Sequence record: NC_041917.1
Length of the DNA: 64,000 nucleotides
Direction: 5' to 3' (one strand)
The translations under genes were made by a program, and so were the position numbers. The notes under the pieces were generated by a model. The model was not told the DNA's origin. It did not search any database and worked only from the letters and a program-made list of their open reading frames with translations. This document shows positions 44,851 to 58,237 of this stretch, piece by piece (the first letter of the stretch is position 1; the number at the start of each line of letters is the position of its first letter).

Positions 44851-45372
44851 ATGAAGAATATTGAACGTGAAGTGTTCTCCCTACCTAATATGGAAGTAGT
44901 GAAAGCATCTTACAAGAACTCGGTATATTATATTGCTGGCTCAAATGATATTACCGAATATGTTAAAATCATCAAAGCAACACAAGACATGGATGACTTA
45001 GACGCAATTACTTACGGTCTAGATCTGTATTTGCGAGATCATCCAGAAAACAGTCAATTAGCAGTACCGCTATTCGATGTAGTACTATTGAATGATTCAA
45101 GCACTAGTTTTGATTATGTAATTCATATTGTTAATGATCTGTTCCGTAAAGATGTTAATGAAGCTTATGATATTGCTAATCTAATTCATACCAATGGATT
45201 CTGTGAAGTTGGTACATATCCATATGAATTGGCACATACATTTGCATGTATGGTTGAAACTGCAAATATGCAAACTAAACAACAACTTCAAACAGATATT
45301 GTTCCATCACATGTTGATCCACTAGCAGTGATTGAGCAGTTGATTCGTCGTGATCATCCAGACGACATTTAA
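44851..45372 (+). CDS. clpS: ClpS-like N-degron adaptor with an N-terminal extension
   Basis: FDVVLLNDSSTSFDYVIHIVNDLF...AYDIANLIHTNGFCEVGTYPYELA aligns with the ClpS core. Confidence 0.8.
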   Translation: MKNIEREVFSLPNMEVVKASYKNSVYYIAGSNDITEYVKIIKATQDMDDLDAITYGLDLYLRDHPENSQLAVPLFDVVLLNDSSTSFDYVIHIVNDLFRKDVNEAYDIANLIHTNGFCEVGTYPYELAHTFACMVETANMQTKQQLQTDIVPSHVDPLAVIEQLIRRDHPDDI

Positions 45373-45378
45373 TACAAC

Positions 45379-47543
<2,165 letters not shown>

Positions 47544-47544
<1 letters not shown>

Positions 47545-49976
47545 TGCCTAGTAAAAGTAAAGCACAAGCTAGGTTCATGGCAGCAGCCGCACACAATCCA
47601 GCTTTCGCAAAGGAAGCTGGAATTAGTACTAAGGCAGCGAAAGAATGGAACCAAGCTGATGAAAAAGAAGGTAATTTGAAAAAAAGTTCAAATAAACCTG
47701 ATCATATTAAGGAAGAAGTACTTGATGAAGCAAGAGGTGTTGGTATTTTGAATGTACCACCAGCATTGATTGATAAAGTACGTAGATATGTTGGTTCAAT
47801 TCTTTTAACAATGGGATTAATGAAACAACATGATTTGAAGAATCAAGGTAGAGAACAAGAGTCAACAGCATTATTAAACTACTTAAAACGTTTCCAGCAA
47901 AAATATAATGCAGCCGTACTATCTCCTACAGATCTTAAAAAATATATAAACAGTATTAGTACTTTGAATTTAGATTCAGATGCGATTTATAATCAATTAC
48001 CAGAGAATATAAAAAAGAATCCTAAAACAAAAGAATTACTTCAAAATCTACGAATGAAATTGCGTATCAATAATCAATTAACAGATCGTGGTGGTAGTAA
48101 TCAAACCGTTGGAAATTTGAATGTTCAAGAGATTGGAATTCCATCATATAATCATGATTTGAAAAATGCTGATTTAGATAGTGTAGTTCATTCAATGAAT
48201 TATTCTATGGGAACGATTGAACATGAATTACAACATGCAATTCAAACAACAGTACTTGGTAAGTTAAATCCTAAAGATCAACAAACACATACTGATCCAA
48301 ATTATCGTGATAGAATCAATCATCCAGATGCATATTATGCAAGTGGTATTGAATATGGACCACAAGTAAAAGACCTTGCAAATACTGCCAACCATTGGTT
48401 AGAAGAACATCCAGAAGATTTAACTGGTAATAAAAATACTGATATAAGTAATGCAATTAAATTTGCTATGTCTAAAATTAGCCAAGGTAAGATTATTCAA
48501 GCATTGCGGAATTATAAACATGATGACCGTGCAAATAAAGCAATGAAATTAATTTACCGAGAAGTTAGTAAATTTTATGATAATGATTTAAAAAATACTG
48601 ATGACCATGAATTAGATAGTAAAGAACAAGATGTATTCAACGATGTAGAAGATACTAGACGTTCATTAGAATATCCAGAACATGGCGATAGTTGGATGGG
48701 TGATATGTGGTTAGCATATAATGAGTATTTTGGTGAACAACCAAAGGCTTCAGGTTCATGGGACGATATTCAAGACCTAAGATTTAAACGTCCATATGGA
48801 GAAGTTGATTTCGAGAAAGGAACAACTGGAATACATATGTATGTTAGAACCAATGATAAAGATACATCATTTCATATGGAACTATCACCAAAGGCCGCTA
48901 GAATGGCAATAAATTATGTTTCATATTTTAGTACATACGCCACATTAACTAAGTTAAAAGATATATTAACTGATGAAATGACTCCTAATGTTGATTTGGC
49001 AAAAGCTGATGATATAATTGTATATCAAAATAATGTTTCTGAAACATTCAATGATGATTCTAATAAAAATATTGATATTCAATATATTGAAGATGAAAGT
49101 ACAATATATGTTGCATTTAACGGTGTTAGGCATACAATGTATGTACAAGAAAATGGCAAAAAATATATGATTGGTTATGGTGATGATGACTCATCATGTA
49201 AGAGTTCAGATTTCAAGATAGTTATTGAAATGTTATTTGAATTTTATTATGATGAAAATAATACACCAAGAGAAACACAACGTGTCCTTCGTAACATAGT
49301 TAGAAATGGGATAACTCCAGATGAGGTGGAAAGCTCAATGAGATATGCAAAAGAATTATCTAAAAAAGAACCAGAACTTCAAGAATCAAGTATGCGTAGT
49401 TGGGTAGATGTTGTCCAGAATGCAGAGCTAGAGCATGATATTGATGATGCTGATGAACAAACTTTAATTAACACAGATCGTATTGATGAAATGCCTCTTA
49501 AATACGATTCCTTTATGGGAATGGACCCACAGATTTATGTGGATAAAGAAGCCCAAAAGAACAAACCTCAAAACATGAAACCAATAAACAATCATGGTGA
49601 GTGGACAACTTATCGTGGTAAAAATGGTTACATGGCGTATGATAATGATACTGGAGAAGCATTAGCTACAGTTGAAGGTCATGAAGATGATGGTTGGTTT
49701 AATGTTGATGTAACTGCATCTAGCCGTTCGGTTAAAGGTGTTGTATATCAGATGTTTATGGATATTATAAAGATTGAAGGTACACCAATTCTAAGTGGAA
49801 GATTACAATCAAATGATGCTATAAATTTCTGGAAAAGACTAATTCAGTCACATAAAGTATATGTGGTAGCTAATGGTGAAGTTATTCAAGAAGCGACACC
49901 AGAAAAATTTCATAAGTACTGGAGTGATGAAGAAGGTTCACCACAATCACAATTCCAATTTTTACTAGTCAAATAA
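47544..49976 (+). CDS. Multidomain protein: basic N-module, HExxH domain, C-terminal GNAT-like domain
   Basis: MPSKSKAQARFMAAAAHNP; TIEHELQHAIQ...YYASGIEYGPQ; C-terminal VTASSRSVKGVVYQM...ILSGRLQSNDAINFWKRL. Confidence 0.6.
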
Positions 49977-49985
49977 GGTACAAAT

Positions 49986-50351
49986 ATGATAAGCACGATT
50001 TTTATTCTACTCATAGCATTTCAAATAAAGCATTTTCTTTGTGATTACCCATTACAAGGAAGATTTATGTTAGGTAAGTTCAATAAAGAAGGTTGGGAGT
50101 TACCATTAGCTGCACATGCTGGTGTTCACTTCATAGGAACATTCTTGATTGCATTGTTCTTCGGATTCTGGATTGCATTAACAGTTGCAGTACTAGATTT
50201 TGTTATTCACTTCGTAGTTGATAAAATAAAAGTTGAAGCTTCACGCAAAACTGATCATAGTAAACCTGAGTTCTGGTGGTATCTAGGTTTAGACCAAATG
50301 GCACACCACTTAACACATTACATGATAATTGCTATATTAGTTCTACTATAA
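49986..50351 (+). CDS. DUF3307-like membrane protein
   Basis: KHFLCDYPLQ, AHAGVH, HFVVDKIK, LGLDQMAH. Confidence 0.78.
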   Translation: MISTIFILLIAFQIKHFLCDYPLQGRFMLGKFNKEGWELPLAAHAGVHFIGTFLIALFFGFWIALTVAVLDFVIHFVVDKIKVEASRKTDHSKPEFWWYLGLDQMAHHLTHYMIIAILVLL

Positions 50352-50356
50352 ATATT

Positions 50357-50386
50357 AACGATGCAGAGATGCATCGTTATTTTTTT
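50357..50386 (+). terminator. Rho-independent terminator
   Basis: AACGATGCA-GAGA-TGCATCGTT followed by A and a T-tract. Confidence 0.75.
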
Positions 50387-50414
50387 GAAACAAAGAAACA
50401 AATTATGCTATAAT
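50386..50414 (+). promoter_or_regulatory. Putative middle-type promoter TGAAAC-N17-TATAAT
   Basis: Consensus match upstream of the topoisomerase. Confidence 0.75.
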
Positions 50415-50447
50415 ATACTGGCTAAGAAACAATAAAAGGAATTAGAA

Positions 50448-52436
50448 ATGGCAAAGGAAAAGAAAAGTTCTGTTCTAGCTGAACACGGTGTTCAACAATT
50501 AACTGAATATCAACATGCTCGAATCCGTACTGAAATGTACTTAGGTTCGAAGTCTGAACATGAGCAACCAGTTCTTCTATTCAACGAAGATGGTTATACT
50601 GTGCAAAATTTAGGTTGGGTTCCTGCCCTATTAACATCATTCCGAGAAATCGTTGATAACTCGTTAGATGAATTCGTTAAAGCTGGTACTAAAGATCCAG
50701 TACTACGTGTTACATATAATGAAGATGAACTTGATTTTGAAATTAGCGATAACGGTCGTGGTATTCCAATTGATTATGTTCCAGAAACACAAAAACATGT
50801 GTGTACTATGGTACTAACCGAGATGAAAACTGGTCGTAACTTTAATGATGATGAACGTAACAATGTCGTTGGTATGAACGGTCTTGGTGGTTCAGTTGTT
50901 ATGATTGTAAGTGAGAAAGCTGAAATCGAAATTCACCGTGCAGGTAAGCCTTACAAAACTGACAAAGCAAATGCAGAATATGATGGTATGTATAAATTCA
51001 CACAAAAGTTCACTGAAGGTACAGCAATGTTCCCTGAACTTGGAATTGAAGAACCAAGTATTCGCAAAGTAAAAGCTGATAAGACTGGAACTACGGTTCG
51101 ATTCAAAATCAGTAAAGAAGTATTCAAAGTACACACACTACCTATTCAACTAGTATATAGTATTCTTAAAGAAGTTGCAGCGGCGAATCCATCGTACAAA
51201 ATCTTTTTGAATGATCAACGAATTACTGTGAATAAAAAAGGTTTATTTAGTTCTGCTAAGAATACAATGACTCTTAAAGTTGATGACAGTGAAACTGGAC
51301 TTGACAGTACTTTCTACATTGTACCCAATGTAGTACAGGGTCTTAACAAGAACCTACATATGCAAGGTCTTGTTAACAACGCACCATCACTAGAAGGTGG
51401 TACACACTTAGATACGTTCCAACAGAAATTTGCACTTGGTGTTATCAATGCATTGGATCGTATTCCAAAAAATAGAAAACGCAATCTAAAACCAAACCGT
51501 TCTGATATTGAAGAAGGTCTGTTGATTTACAACATCACTAAGATGAATACACCAACATTCAACTCTCAAATCAAAACAAAACTAACTAATGAAAACGTCA
51601 TAAAGCCAGTACAAAACGCAATGAGCGATGAATTCTTTAATGAACTTGTTAAGAAAAATACCGAGTGGGTTGAAGAAATTTATACTCGTTGTGCTGAACG
51701 TACCAATAAAAAGGATGCAGACGAAGATCGTAAAATGGCAAAACGTCTTCTAAAAGGCAAAGTAGCTAAACTACGTGATGCAAATGGTCAAAACCGAAGT
51801 GAATGTATTCTTCTAATTGCAGAAGGTGATTCAGCAGTAAGTTCTATGACAGCGGCACGTAACTCTACTATTCATGGCATTCTTCCATTACGTGGTAAGA
51901 TTCAAAACGTAAATGGAAAAGAGAAGACAAAAGATCTAATGGGTACTGCGGATAAGCCATCTGCAATTCATGATATTATGGCTTCTTTAAACATTGTTCC
52001 TGGCGAAAAAGCAGTTCGTTCAAATATGAACTTTGGTAAACTTTATATCTGTGCAGATGAAGATGAAGATGGTAAGAACATCGGTGCTCTAGTAGTAAAC
52101 TTCTTCTATAAATTCTGGCCTGAATTGTTTGCTGATCCAGAAGATCCATTCATTTATATTTTCAAAACCCCATTCATTATTTTAGAAAAGGGCAAAGAAT
52201 CTAAGTACTACTATGGTCATAATGTCCATGAGTATAATCCTGATGATTGGAAAGGTTGGAAAGCAACTCGTGCTAAAGGGTTAGGTACTCTTGAAGTATC
52301 AAACTTCAGAGATGCACTAGCAAATGGTGTAGCAATCGCAATTACTGATGATGGTTCATTAGGGGAAACTCTAGATCTTATCTTCAATAAAGAACGTGCT
52401 GATGACCGTAAAGAATGGACTAAAGAAGACGTGTAA
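50448..52436 (+). CDS. 39: Type II topoisomerase ATPase/TOPRIM subunit (gp39+gp60 fused)
   Basis: EIVDNSLDE, DNGRGIP, GMNGLGG, AEGDSA, PLRGKIQNV, DEDEDG, KGLG. Confidence 0.95.
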   Translation: MAKEKKSSVLAEHGVQQLTEYQHARIRTEMYLGSKSEHEQPVLLFNEDGYTVQNLGWVPALLTSFREIVDNSLDEFVKAGTKDPVLRVTYNEDELDFEISDNGRGIPIDYVPETQKHVCTMVLTEMKTGRNFNDDERNNVVGMNGLGGSVVMIVSEKAEIEIHRAGKPYKTDKANAEYDGMYKFTQKFTEGTAMFPELGIEEPSIRKVKADKTGTTVRFKISKEVFKVHTLPIQLVYSILKEVAAANPSYKIFLNDQRITVNKKGLFSSAKNTMTLKVDDSETGLDSTFYIVPNVVQGLNKNLHMQGLVNNAPSLEGGTHLDTFQQKFALGVINALDRIPKNRKRNLKPNRSDIEEGLLIYNITKMNTPTFNSQIKTKLTNENVIKPVQNAMSDEFFNELVKKNTEWVEEIYTRCAERTNKKDADEDRKMAKRLLKGKVAKLRDANGQNRSECILLIAEGDSAVSSMTAARNSTIHGILPLRGKIQNVNGKEKTKDLMGTADKPSAIHDIMASLNIVPGEKAVRSNMNFGKLYICADEDEDGKNIGALVVNFFYKFWPELFADPEDPFIYIFKTPFIILEKGKESKYYYGHNVHEYNPDDWKGWKATRAKGLGTLEVSNFRDALANGVAIAITDDGSLGETLDLIFNKERADDRKEWTKEDV

Positions 52437-52486
52437 AAATTAGTGGGGTACATGAAGTACCCTCAAATATCAAAGAGGCAAATGGA

Positions 52487-53896
52487 ATGCGTAAACCTAA
52501 AAAAATTGCAGAAGTAGTTCCTAATGAACTAACTCTATTGAACTTTCAAAGTTCAGACTATATTAACCAATCATCCCTAGAATATGCGTTAAGTACTTTT
52601 GACCGTTCTCTACCAGGGATTGATGGTTTTAAAAACTCACAACGAAAAGCAATCTTTACTCTAAGCAAAATTAGTGGTGAGATCAAAACAGTATCTTGTG
52701 CAGGTCGTATGATTAGTGATGGTATCTATCTACACGGTGATGCTTCAGCTAGTGGTACATTGCAAAATCTAGCTAGTCCCGTAGTTAACAACTATCCACT
52801 AATTGGAAAGCGTGGTGGATTTGGTACACAGGTAAATCCTGAACCAGCTAGTCCACGTTATACTTATGTGAAGAAAACTAAAATTACTGAAGCTTTAGTA
52901 CTTCGTGATTTAGATGTTGTTCCGATGCAAGAGAACTATGATGGTACAACATATGAACCAAAATTCTTCTTACCATTAATTCCACTAGCGTTACTAGGAG
53001 TAGATGGAACAGCGACAGCATATAAAAGTTTTATTTTTCCTTATCGTATGAATGATATTATTGATAATACTATTCGTGCTATTGATGGTAAAGAATTACT
53101 ACCAATGACTCCATACTATGCAAGTTATGGTGCTAACGATTATGTTGAAGATCGTGGAGAAGGTAAGTATACATTCTTTGGTAAAGCTGAAGTTATTGAT
53201 GCAAGTACTGTAAGAATTACTGGTTTATCACCACGTATGAAACTAGAAAAATTTGTTGAAGATTTGATTGCAATGGAAGATTCTGGTAAAATTCGTAGTT
53301 ATGATGATAACAGTTCAGGTAAAGTAGATATTACCATTAAACTACCACGTGGTCTTAGTACTACATGGAAAGAAATGGATGTGCTTCAATATTTTGACAT
53401 TTCAACAAAATTAGCACATACCCTTAATGTTTTAGGTGAAAATGGAAAAGTAAAAAGTTACACCGATGTTCAGAGTATAATCTCGGACTTCGTTCAGTTC
53501 AGATTCAAGTACTACATTAAACGTTATGAAAAGTTACTTGCTGACGCAGATGCAGAGGTTCGTTATAAAATTCTTGTAAAAGAATGTTTTGATAACGACA
53601 TGACTGGTAAGATTAAATCTTTCCAAAACCGTGCAGAACTAGTAGAATTTGTTACTTCATTGAATAATGAAATTGAAGCATCAGATGAAAATATTCAAGG
53701 AATTGTTAATTTCCCAAGTTATCGGTGGACTCAAGAAAACTATGATAAAGTACTTCAAGATATTGAAGATGCATTAGCTAAGATGGATGAGTATAATGAT
53801 TTGCTTGCTAATCATGATAAAATCTGGAATATCTACAAAGATGAACTTATTGAACTACGTAATATGAACATCGAATATAAAGAAGATACTGAATAA
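52487..53896 (+). CDS. 52: Type II topoisomerase breakage-reunion subunit (gp52-like)
   Basis: DGFKNSQRK, YLHGDAS, ASPRYT (catalytic Tyr), ENYDG. Confidence 0.95.
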   Translation: MRKPKKIAEVVPNELTLLNFQSSDYINQSSLEYALSTFDRSLPGIDGFKNSQRKAIFTLSKISGEIKTVSCAGRMISDGIYLHGDASASGTLQNLASPVVNNYPLIGKRGGFGTQVNPEPASPRYTYVKKTKITEALVLRDLDVVPMQENYDGTTYEPKFFLPLIPLALLGVDGTATAYKSFIFPYRMNDIIDNTIRAIDGKELLPMTPYYASYGANDYVEDRGEGKYTFFGKAEVIDASTVRITGLSPRMKLEKFVEDLIAMEDSGKIRSYDDNSSGKVDITIKLPRGLSTTWKEMDVLQYFDISTKLAHTLNVLGENGKVKSYTDVQSIISDFVQFRFKYYIKRYEKLLADADAEVRYKILVKECFDNDMTGKIKSFQNRAELVEFVTSLNNEIEASDENIQGIVNFPSYRWTQENYDKVLQDIEDALAKMDEYNDLLANHDKIWNIYKDELIELRNMNIEYKEDTE

Positions 53897-53900
53897 ACCA

Positions 53901-53928
53901 AAAGGACGCTAATGCGTCCTTTATTTTT
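53901..53928 (+). terminator. Rho-independent terminator
   Basis: AAAGGACGC-TAAT-GCGTCCTTT followed by ATTTTT. Confidence 0.75.
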
Positions 53929-53984
53929 TAATTGCGAACATATAATAAATACCACAAAGCTTTTTATGTTTTTGGAGATAATAT

Positions 53985-56900
53985 ATGGCAAACTTCGAAC
54001 CCAAATGGGATTTGAGAGCTGATACCAATTCAATTAAAGAAGGACAGACCACATACTTTAGACTACGAATTTCTAAAAGTCAAACAACTTCACCAAATAA
54101 TGAATATGTACTTCAAGATGATCAATATCTTGAATTTACATTTAATATTGTCGGGGCAGGGGAAACTTTAGAAGAACGTGATTTTAATGTATCTATAGGT
54201 GAAAGTACTTCTTCTTTAGTTCCAATCGGTGAAGCTGGAACTGGAACCCCTCATATTCAGGGTAAACATGTAGTAAAACTTAGTAGAAAAGATTTCCAAT
54301 TAAGTTCAAGCGTAACATTCATTGATGCATTCTTTTTTAAAATAGAATGTCCTGAAGATGGTATATGGGATGGTCCAGAATCATTAACATTTAACATTGA
54401 CAGCATAAATGAAATTACTCTTTTAGATGGTCAAATTGCAAATACAATGCCAAGTGGGGTATTGGGAACTAGTACACAAGTACTGAATTATAATACTGCT
54501 GGAGAAATTTGGCTAACACCTAATTTAACGACCCACGGTGATAATCTTTATACAATTGGTGGTATTGGATATGGTGCCGAAAGTAGATTGTTCATTCAAG
54601 CATTTGGACAAAGTAGAACAATAAATGGTGTAACTAATGTTTTTATGCCATCGTATGAAGTGCAAGATATAACAATGTCAGATATTCCATCTGAACATAT
54701 TACTGGTTCAGGAACAATTTTAGTACCGGATGAATCGGCACTACCTTCTATTCCAGAATATCCTATAACTTTAGGTACTACTAGAAATCAAATAAATTCA
54801 TTTTATATGAAGAATGTTGCTAATTTAATGTCTGGTGCTGGTTGTATTATTCAAGGAACTACACTAACAGATCATAATAATGAACTCTATTATAGTTATG
54901 GAATAAGAGTATATGCAAATACTGGTTTCAAATTAATGTGTCCAGCAGAAGCAGAAAGTATATATGTAAGTAATGTAAATGCTGTAAATGCAGGTGGTAT
55001 AAATTCTTCATTGTCTGAATTAACAGAATATGGTATATTAGATACGAACAAAATTGGTAGATGTGATATATATGGTAATGTAAAACATGAACCACAAACA
55101 ATAGTCTTACCACCATCCACTACCGGTGGTCAAATGGTAATTTATATTCGAGTTAAGGTTAGTAATACAATTTGCCCACCTTGGATTTCATTTAATGTAA
55201 TATCATTTAATAGTCCAATTCTAAAATCTTCTAATACATTGGATAATAGAATTTATATTAATACAAACAGTACTGCATTAAATTCAGTTGAACTAGATAA
55301 CATTTTACATGCAGCAGTTGCTGGTTCTGGATGGACAACATCATATAATGCCAATAATACAAAAAATCAAGTACCAAATACTATAGAACCAGTTGTGATT
55401 CGAAAATTAGAGGAAAACTCTATTATGATCAGAGATGAAATTGGAAATATGGTACAATCAGGATTGAAATTTAATGCTAATGGACAATTTGTTCAAACAT
55501 TCATTTATGATTCAGAACCAGTAGATGCATATTTTCGTGCAACTATTCTTTCTATAAAGGATTTTTATAATACTGATACTGATGCATACTATGTTGGTAA
55601 AAGATTCCGTGCATATAATGTATGGGTTTGTCCAGCAGATGTTACTAACTTCTCAACAAAACCAAAACCTGGACATTTATATCAATTAAAAGATACTAAA
55701 GTATATCCTTATGTTGTTAAAGATACTGTTGTTGAAGGTATAACTAAAATTTTATTTGAAGAAGATAAATGGTACGATTTAGGATTGTATAATGAATCAT
55801 TAGGTGCTAATATCATAGGTTCCGAAAGGATGTTTAGAATTGTAGTTAATGATGATACTGGTACTGATATTTCTTTTGAAACTGATTCCAACTTAGGTGA
55901 AATTCATGTTGGTGAATATTTTGGTCATACGGTTTATCCAAAAATCGTTGCAACTGGCTCAGAATTAATAACCTACACAATAAATGCAAGTACTTCACCA
56001 AATGATATTACAAAGTACGGAATAGATTTAACTGCTGATGGATTTATTGTAGGGGAAGCATATGCATTAAGTACTGATTTTTCTGCCAATGATGACATAC
56101 CTTTGCAGTTCGATGTAGTTGCAACTGGTAAAAACGGTAAATCATTGACACAACGTTTTAAAATTCGTATAATTCGTGGTTTAGGGCAAAACTTCTTACA
56201 TGCTGATATTTGTCCATCACTTTCATTAGAACGTGCATGGTTCAGAATGATTAGTACTACATCATTTAGTAGAGCAAATTACTATCGTGCATCAGATCCA
56301 AGATATGGTGTTAAGAAAGTCCCACGTATTCTTATGAAAGAAAACTTCGTTGATCCTAATAAGAATTGGGAAGGGATAAAACAAACAGTATTAAATATTC
56401 GAAATGGTATTGTTGATACAGCACATGGTGCACCTACACCAGATGGTTCATTCCGACTAGTACTAGGGAATTATAAATTACGTTCAGCACTTGACAATCA
56501 AGGAAATGTACTGTATGATGTTTTATACAGAGAGTTACATTCAGAAGGAACACAAGTAAGTTTAAGTTTAAATCCATTGAAATATACTGATTATTCAACA
56601 TCACTTATTTCAGAAATTTATGGTCTACGTCAAAATGTGTACAACATTGTTGGTGAAGATACTGTGAACTTATTAACTGATCCTACAGATTTGAATAATC
56701 GTGGTATAGTAGTTGATCCTATTAACGGATTATCAGTTGAAATGCTAGATACAGTTCCTCGTTATATGAACCATCCATATGTTGAAGATAACATTAAGCC
56801 AATGTACTTCCCATGTATACCAGTTGCTTACTTACAACCAGGACAAGGGGAAGTATTCTTTAATACATTGATTCAAAATAACGAACATGGTACATTACTC

Positions 56901-57014
56901 AATACTGAGTTTGAAGTTTCTGGAGTTGAATTCAGTTACTTCGTACAAGACAATGAGAGATACGTACCAGAAACCTTTATGGCCTCATTAAGAGTGCCTA
57001 ACCTATTTCAATAA
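53985..57014 (+). CDS. Large virion structural protein (baseplate/tail, Ig-like domains)
   Basis: 1009 aa, beta-rich; Calx-beta/Ig-like N-terminus (SIKEGQT...DGIWDGPESLTF); late-type AATAAATA at 53944-53951. Confidence 0.6.
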   Translation: MANFEPKWDLRADTNSIKEGQTTYFRLRISKSQTTSPNNEYVLQDDQYLEFTFNIVGAGETLEERDFNVSIGESTSSLVPIGEAGTGTPHIQGKHVVKLSRKDFQLSSSVTFIDAFFFKIECPEDGIWDGPESLTFNIDSINEITLLDGQIANTMPSGVLGTSTQVLNYNTAGEIWLTPNLTTHGDNLYTIGGIGYGAESRLFIQAFGQSRTINGVTNVFMPSYEVQDITMSDIPSEHITGSGTILVPDESALPSIPEYPITLGTTRNQINSFYMKNVANLMSGAGCIIQGTTLTDHNNELYYSYGIRVYANTGFKLMCPAEAESIYVSNVNAVNAGGINSSLSELTEYGILDTNKIGRCDIYGNVKHEPQTIVLPPSTTGGQMVIYIRVKVSNTICPPWISFNVISFNSPILKSSNTLDNRIYINTNSTALNSVELDNILHAAVAGSGWTTSYNANNTKNQVPNTIEPVVIRKLEENSIMIRDEIGNMVQSGLKFNANGQFVQTFIYDSEPVDAYFRATILSIKDFYNTDTDAYYVGKRFRAYNVWVCPADVTNFSTKPKPGHLYQLKDTKVYPYVVKDTVVEGITKILFEEDKWYDLGLYNESLGANIIGSERMFRIVVNDDTGTDISFETDSNLGEIHVGEYFGHTVYPKIVATGSELITYTINASTSPNDITKYGIDLTADGFIVGEAYALSTDFSANDDIPLQFDVVATGKNGKSLTQRFKIRIIRGLGQNFLHADICPSLSLERAWFRMISTTSFSRANYYRASDPRYGVKKVPRILMKENFVDPNKNWEGIKQTVLNIRNGIVDTAHGAPTPDGSFRLVLGNYKLRSALDNQGNVLYDVLYRELHSEGTQVSLSLNPLKYTDYSTSLISEIYGLRQNVYNIVGEDTVNLLTDPTDLNNRGIVVDPINGLSVEMLDTVPRYMNHPYVEDNIKPMYFPCIPVAYLQPGQGEVFFNTLIQNNEHGTLLNTEFEVSGVEFSYFVQDNERYVPETFMASLRVPNLFQ

Positions 57015-57023
57015 GGAGGATTT

Positions 57024-57326
57024 ATGTTTCATCCGTTTTTCGATCCTTCATCTTTAAGTGATAAAGAACTTTATGATAAAATCACTGAAGTTTCGCTTCG
57101 TATAAGTGCTGCTCGTTCAGCAGGTATACAATACGAAATGATACAATCTATGTTCACCGTAATTCAAGCTTGTGAGTTTGAGATTCAGAATCGCCAAGCT
57201 CACAAAGACTTGGAGCAAGCGGCAAAAGAAGATAATTGTATTTTTGATTCAGACAGCTATTTAAATGACAAAGATGATAAGAAACATGAAAGTACAAGAA
57301 AACAGAACTATAAGCGAGGATGGTGA
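57024..57326 (+). CDS. Hypothetical protein
   Basis: SD AGGAGGA. Confidence 0.7.
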   Translation: MFHPFFDPSSLSDKELYDKITEVSLRISAARSAGIQYEMIQSMFTVIQACEFEIQNRQAHKDLEQAAKEDNCIFDSDSYLNDKDDKKHESTRKQNYKRGW

Positions 57327-57804
57327 TGTACGTTTAAATCTGAACGCCGTGGTTTATGCAATAAATTGCGGCACAGATATTACATATATCCAGCTTAATG
57401 AGCAAGATGAATTTGAACGTTTAAAGTTCAATGACAACTGCAAGAAATTTGGACTATCGGAACGTATGTTAGATTACACCATAGAACATGATAAAAATCA
57501 TGAATTATGGCGGTATGATCCAGCTTATGATAAAATCAACTTAGAAGATTATTTTCTTTCTTTATGTAGTACTGATATAGAACGTGATAGAGTACTATAT
57601 GAATTAAGTTTATATGAAAACTATAACATGACTAAACTATTACGCTGTATGATATGGTTGGTAGATTACCTAGAAGAACATAATATTTTTTGGGGATTAG
57701 GTCGTGGAAGTTCCGTAAGTAGCTTCTGTTTATACTTGATTGGATTACACTTAGTTGATTCAGTTAAATATGAATTAGATGTGAATGAATTTTTGAAATG
57801 GTAA
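57265..57804 (+). CDS. DnaE (Pol III alpha)-like fragment: N-terminal palm part (start may be 57274 or 57286)
   Basis: ERDRVLYEL..YE..NM..LL.CMIWLVDYLEEHNIFWGLGRGSSVSSFCLYLIGLHLVDSVKYELDVNEFL aligns with DnaE ERLETEL...[34 protein letters not shown]. Confidence 0.85.
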   Translation: MTKMIRNMKVQENRTISEDGDVRLNLNAVVYAINCGTDITYIQLNEQDEFERLKFNDNCKKFGLSERMLDYTIEHDKNHELWRYDPAYDKINLEDYFLSLCSTDIERDRVLYELSLYENYNMTKLLRCMIWLVDYLEEHNIFWGLGRGSSVSSFCLYLIGLHLVDSVKYELDVNEFLKW

Positions 57805-57822
57805 AAAAATTTATGGTATAAT
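57794..57822 (+). promoter_or_regulatory. Putative middle-type promoter TGAAAT-N17-TATAAT
   Basis: Consensus match. Confidence 0.72.
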
Positions 57823-57852
57823 ATACCAGTAGTACAGTGAAAAGGGATTTTT

Positions 57853-58227
57853 ATGAAAAAACATACTAGCTATCGCGGTCAGAAAATCGATATGGAAATG
57901 TTGAAATTTCAACATCAATATAGCGTAGCCGTTGGTAACGCAAACATGAATGCACGTGGCGATATTATTGGTCGTGGCGGCACTGTTGTTAAGAAGCGTG
58001 AAGAACTATTAGCAGAACGTGAACGTGAATTGCAAAAACCTGACATTAGTCCAGAACACCAAAGCCATTCTATGGCACCACAAATGGGTGATCCTATGGC
58101 ATTTGCTGATGATGGTTTTGATGATACACAGTTTGAAAGTTCCTCAACAGGTGAACCAATAGAAGAACCTGTAGAGAAAAAAGCACCAGTAAAACGTGCA
58201 AGAACTAAAGACACGGACGCAGAATAA
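57853..58227 (+). CDS. Conserved hypothetical protein
   Basis: SYRGQKIDM...AVGNANMNARGDIIGRGG conserved-looking core with an acidic tail. Confidence 0.7.
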   Translation: MKKHTSYRGQKIDMEMLKFQHQYSVAVGNANMNARGDIIGRGGTVVKKREELLAERERELQKPDISPEHQSHSMAPQMGDPMAFADDGFDDTQFESSSTGEPIEEPVEKKAPVKRARTKDTDAE

Positions 58228-58237
58228 GGAAATTAAC

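Noticed and set aside
50448-52436. T4 gene 60-type split or translational bypass in the topoisomerase
   Set aside because: The ATPase and TOPRIM parts are in one uninterrupted ORF.
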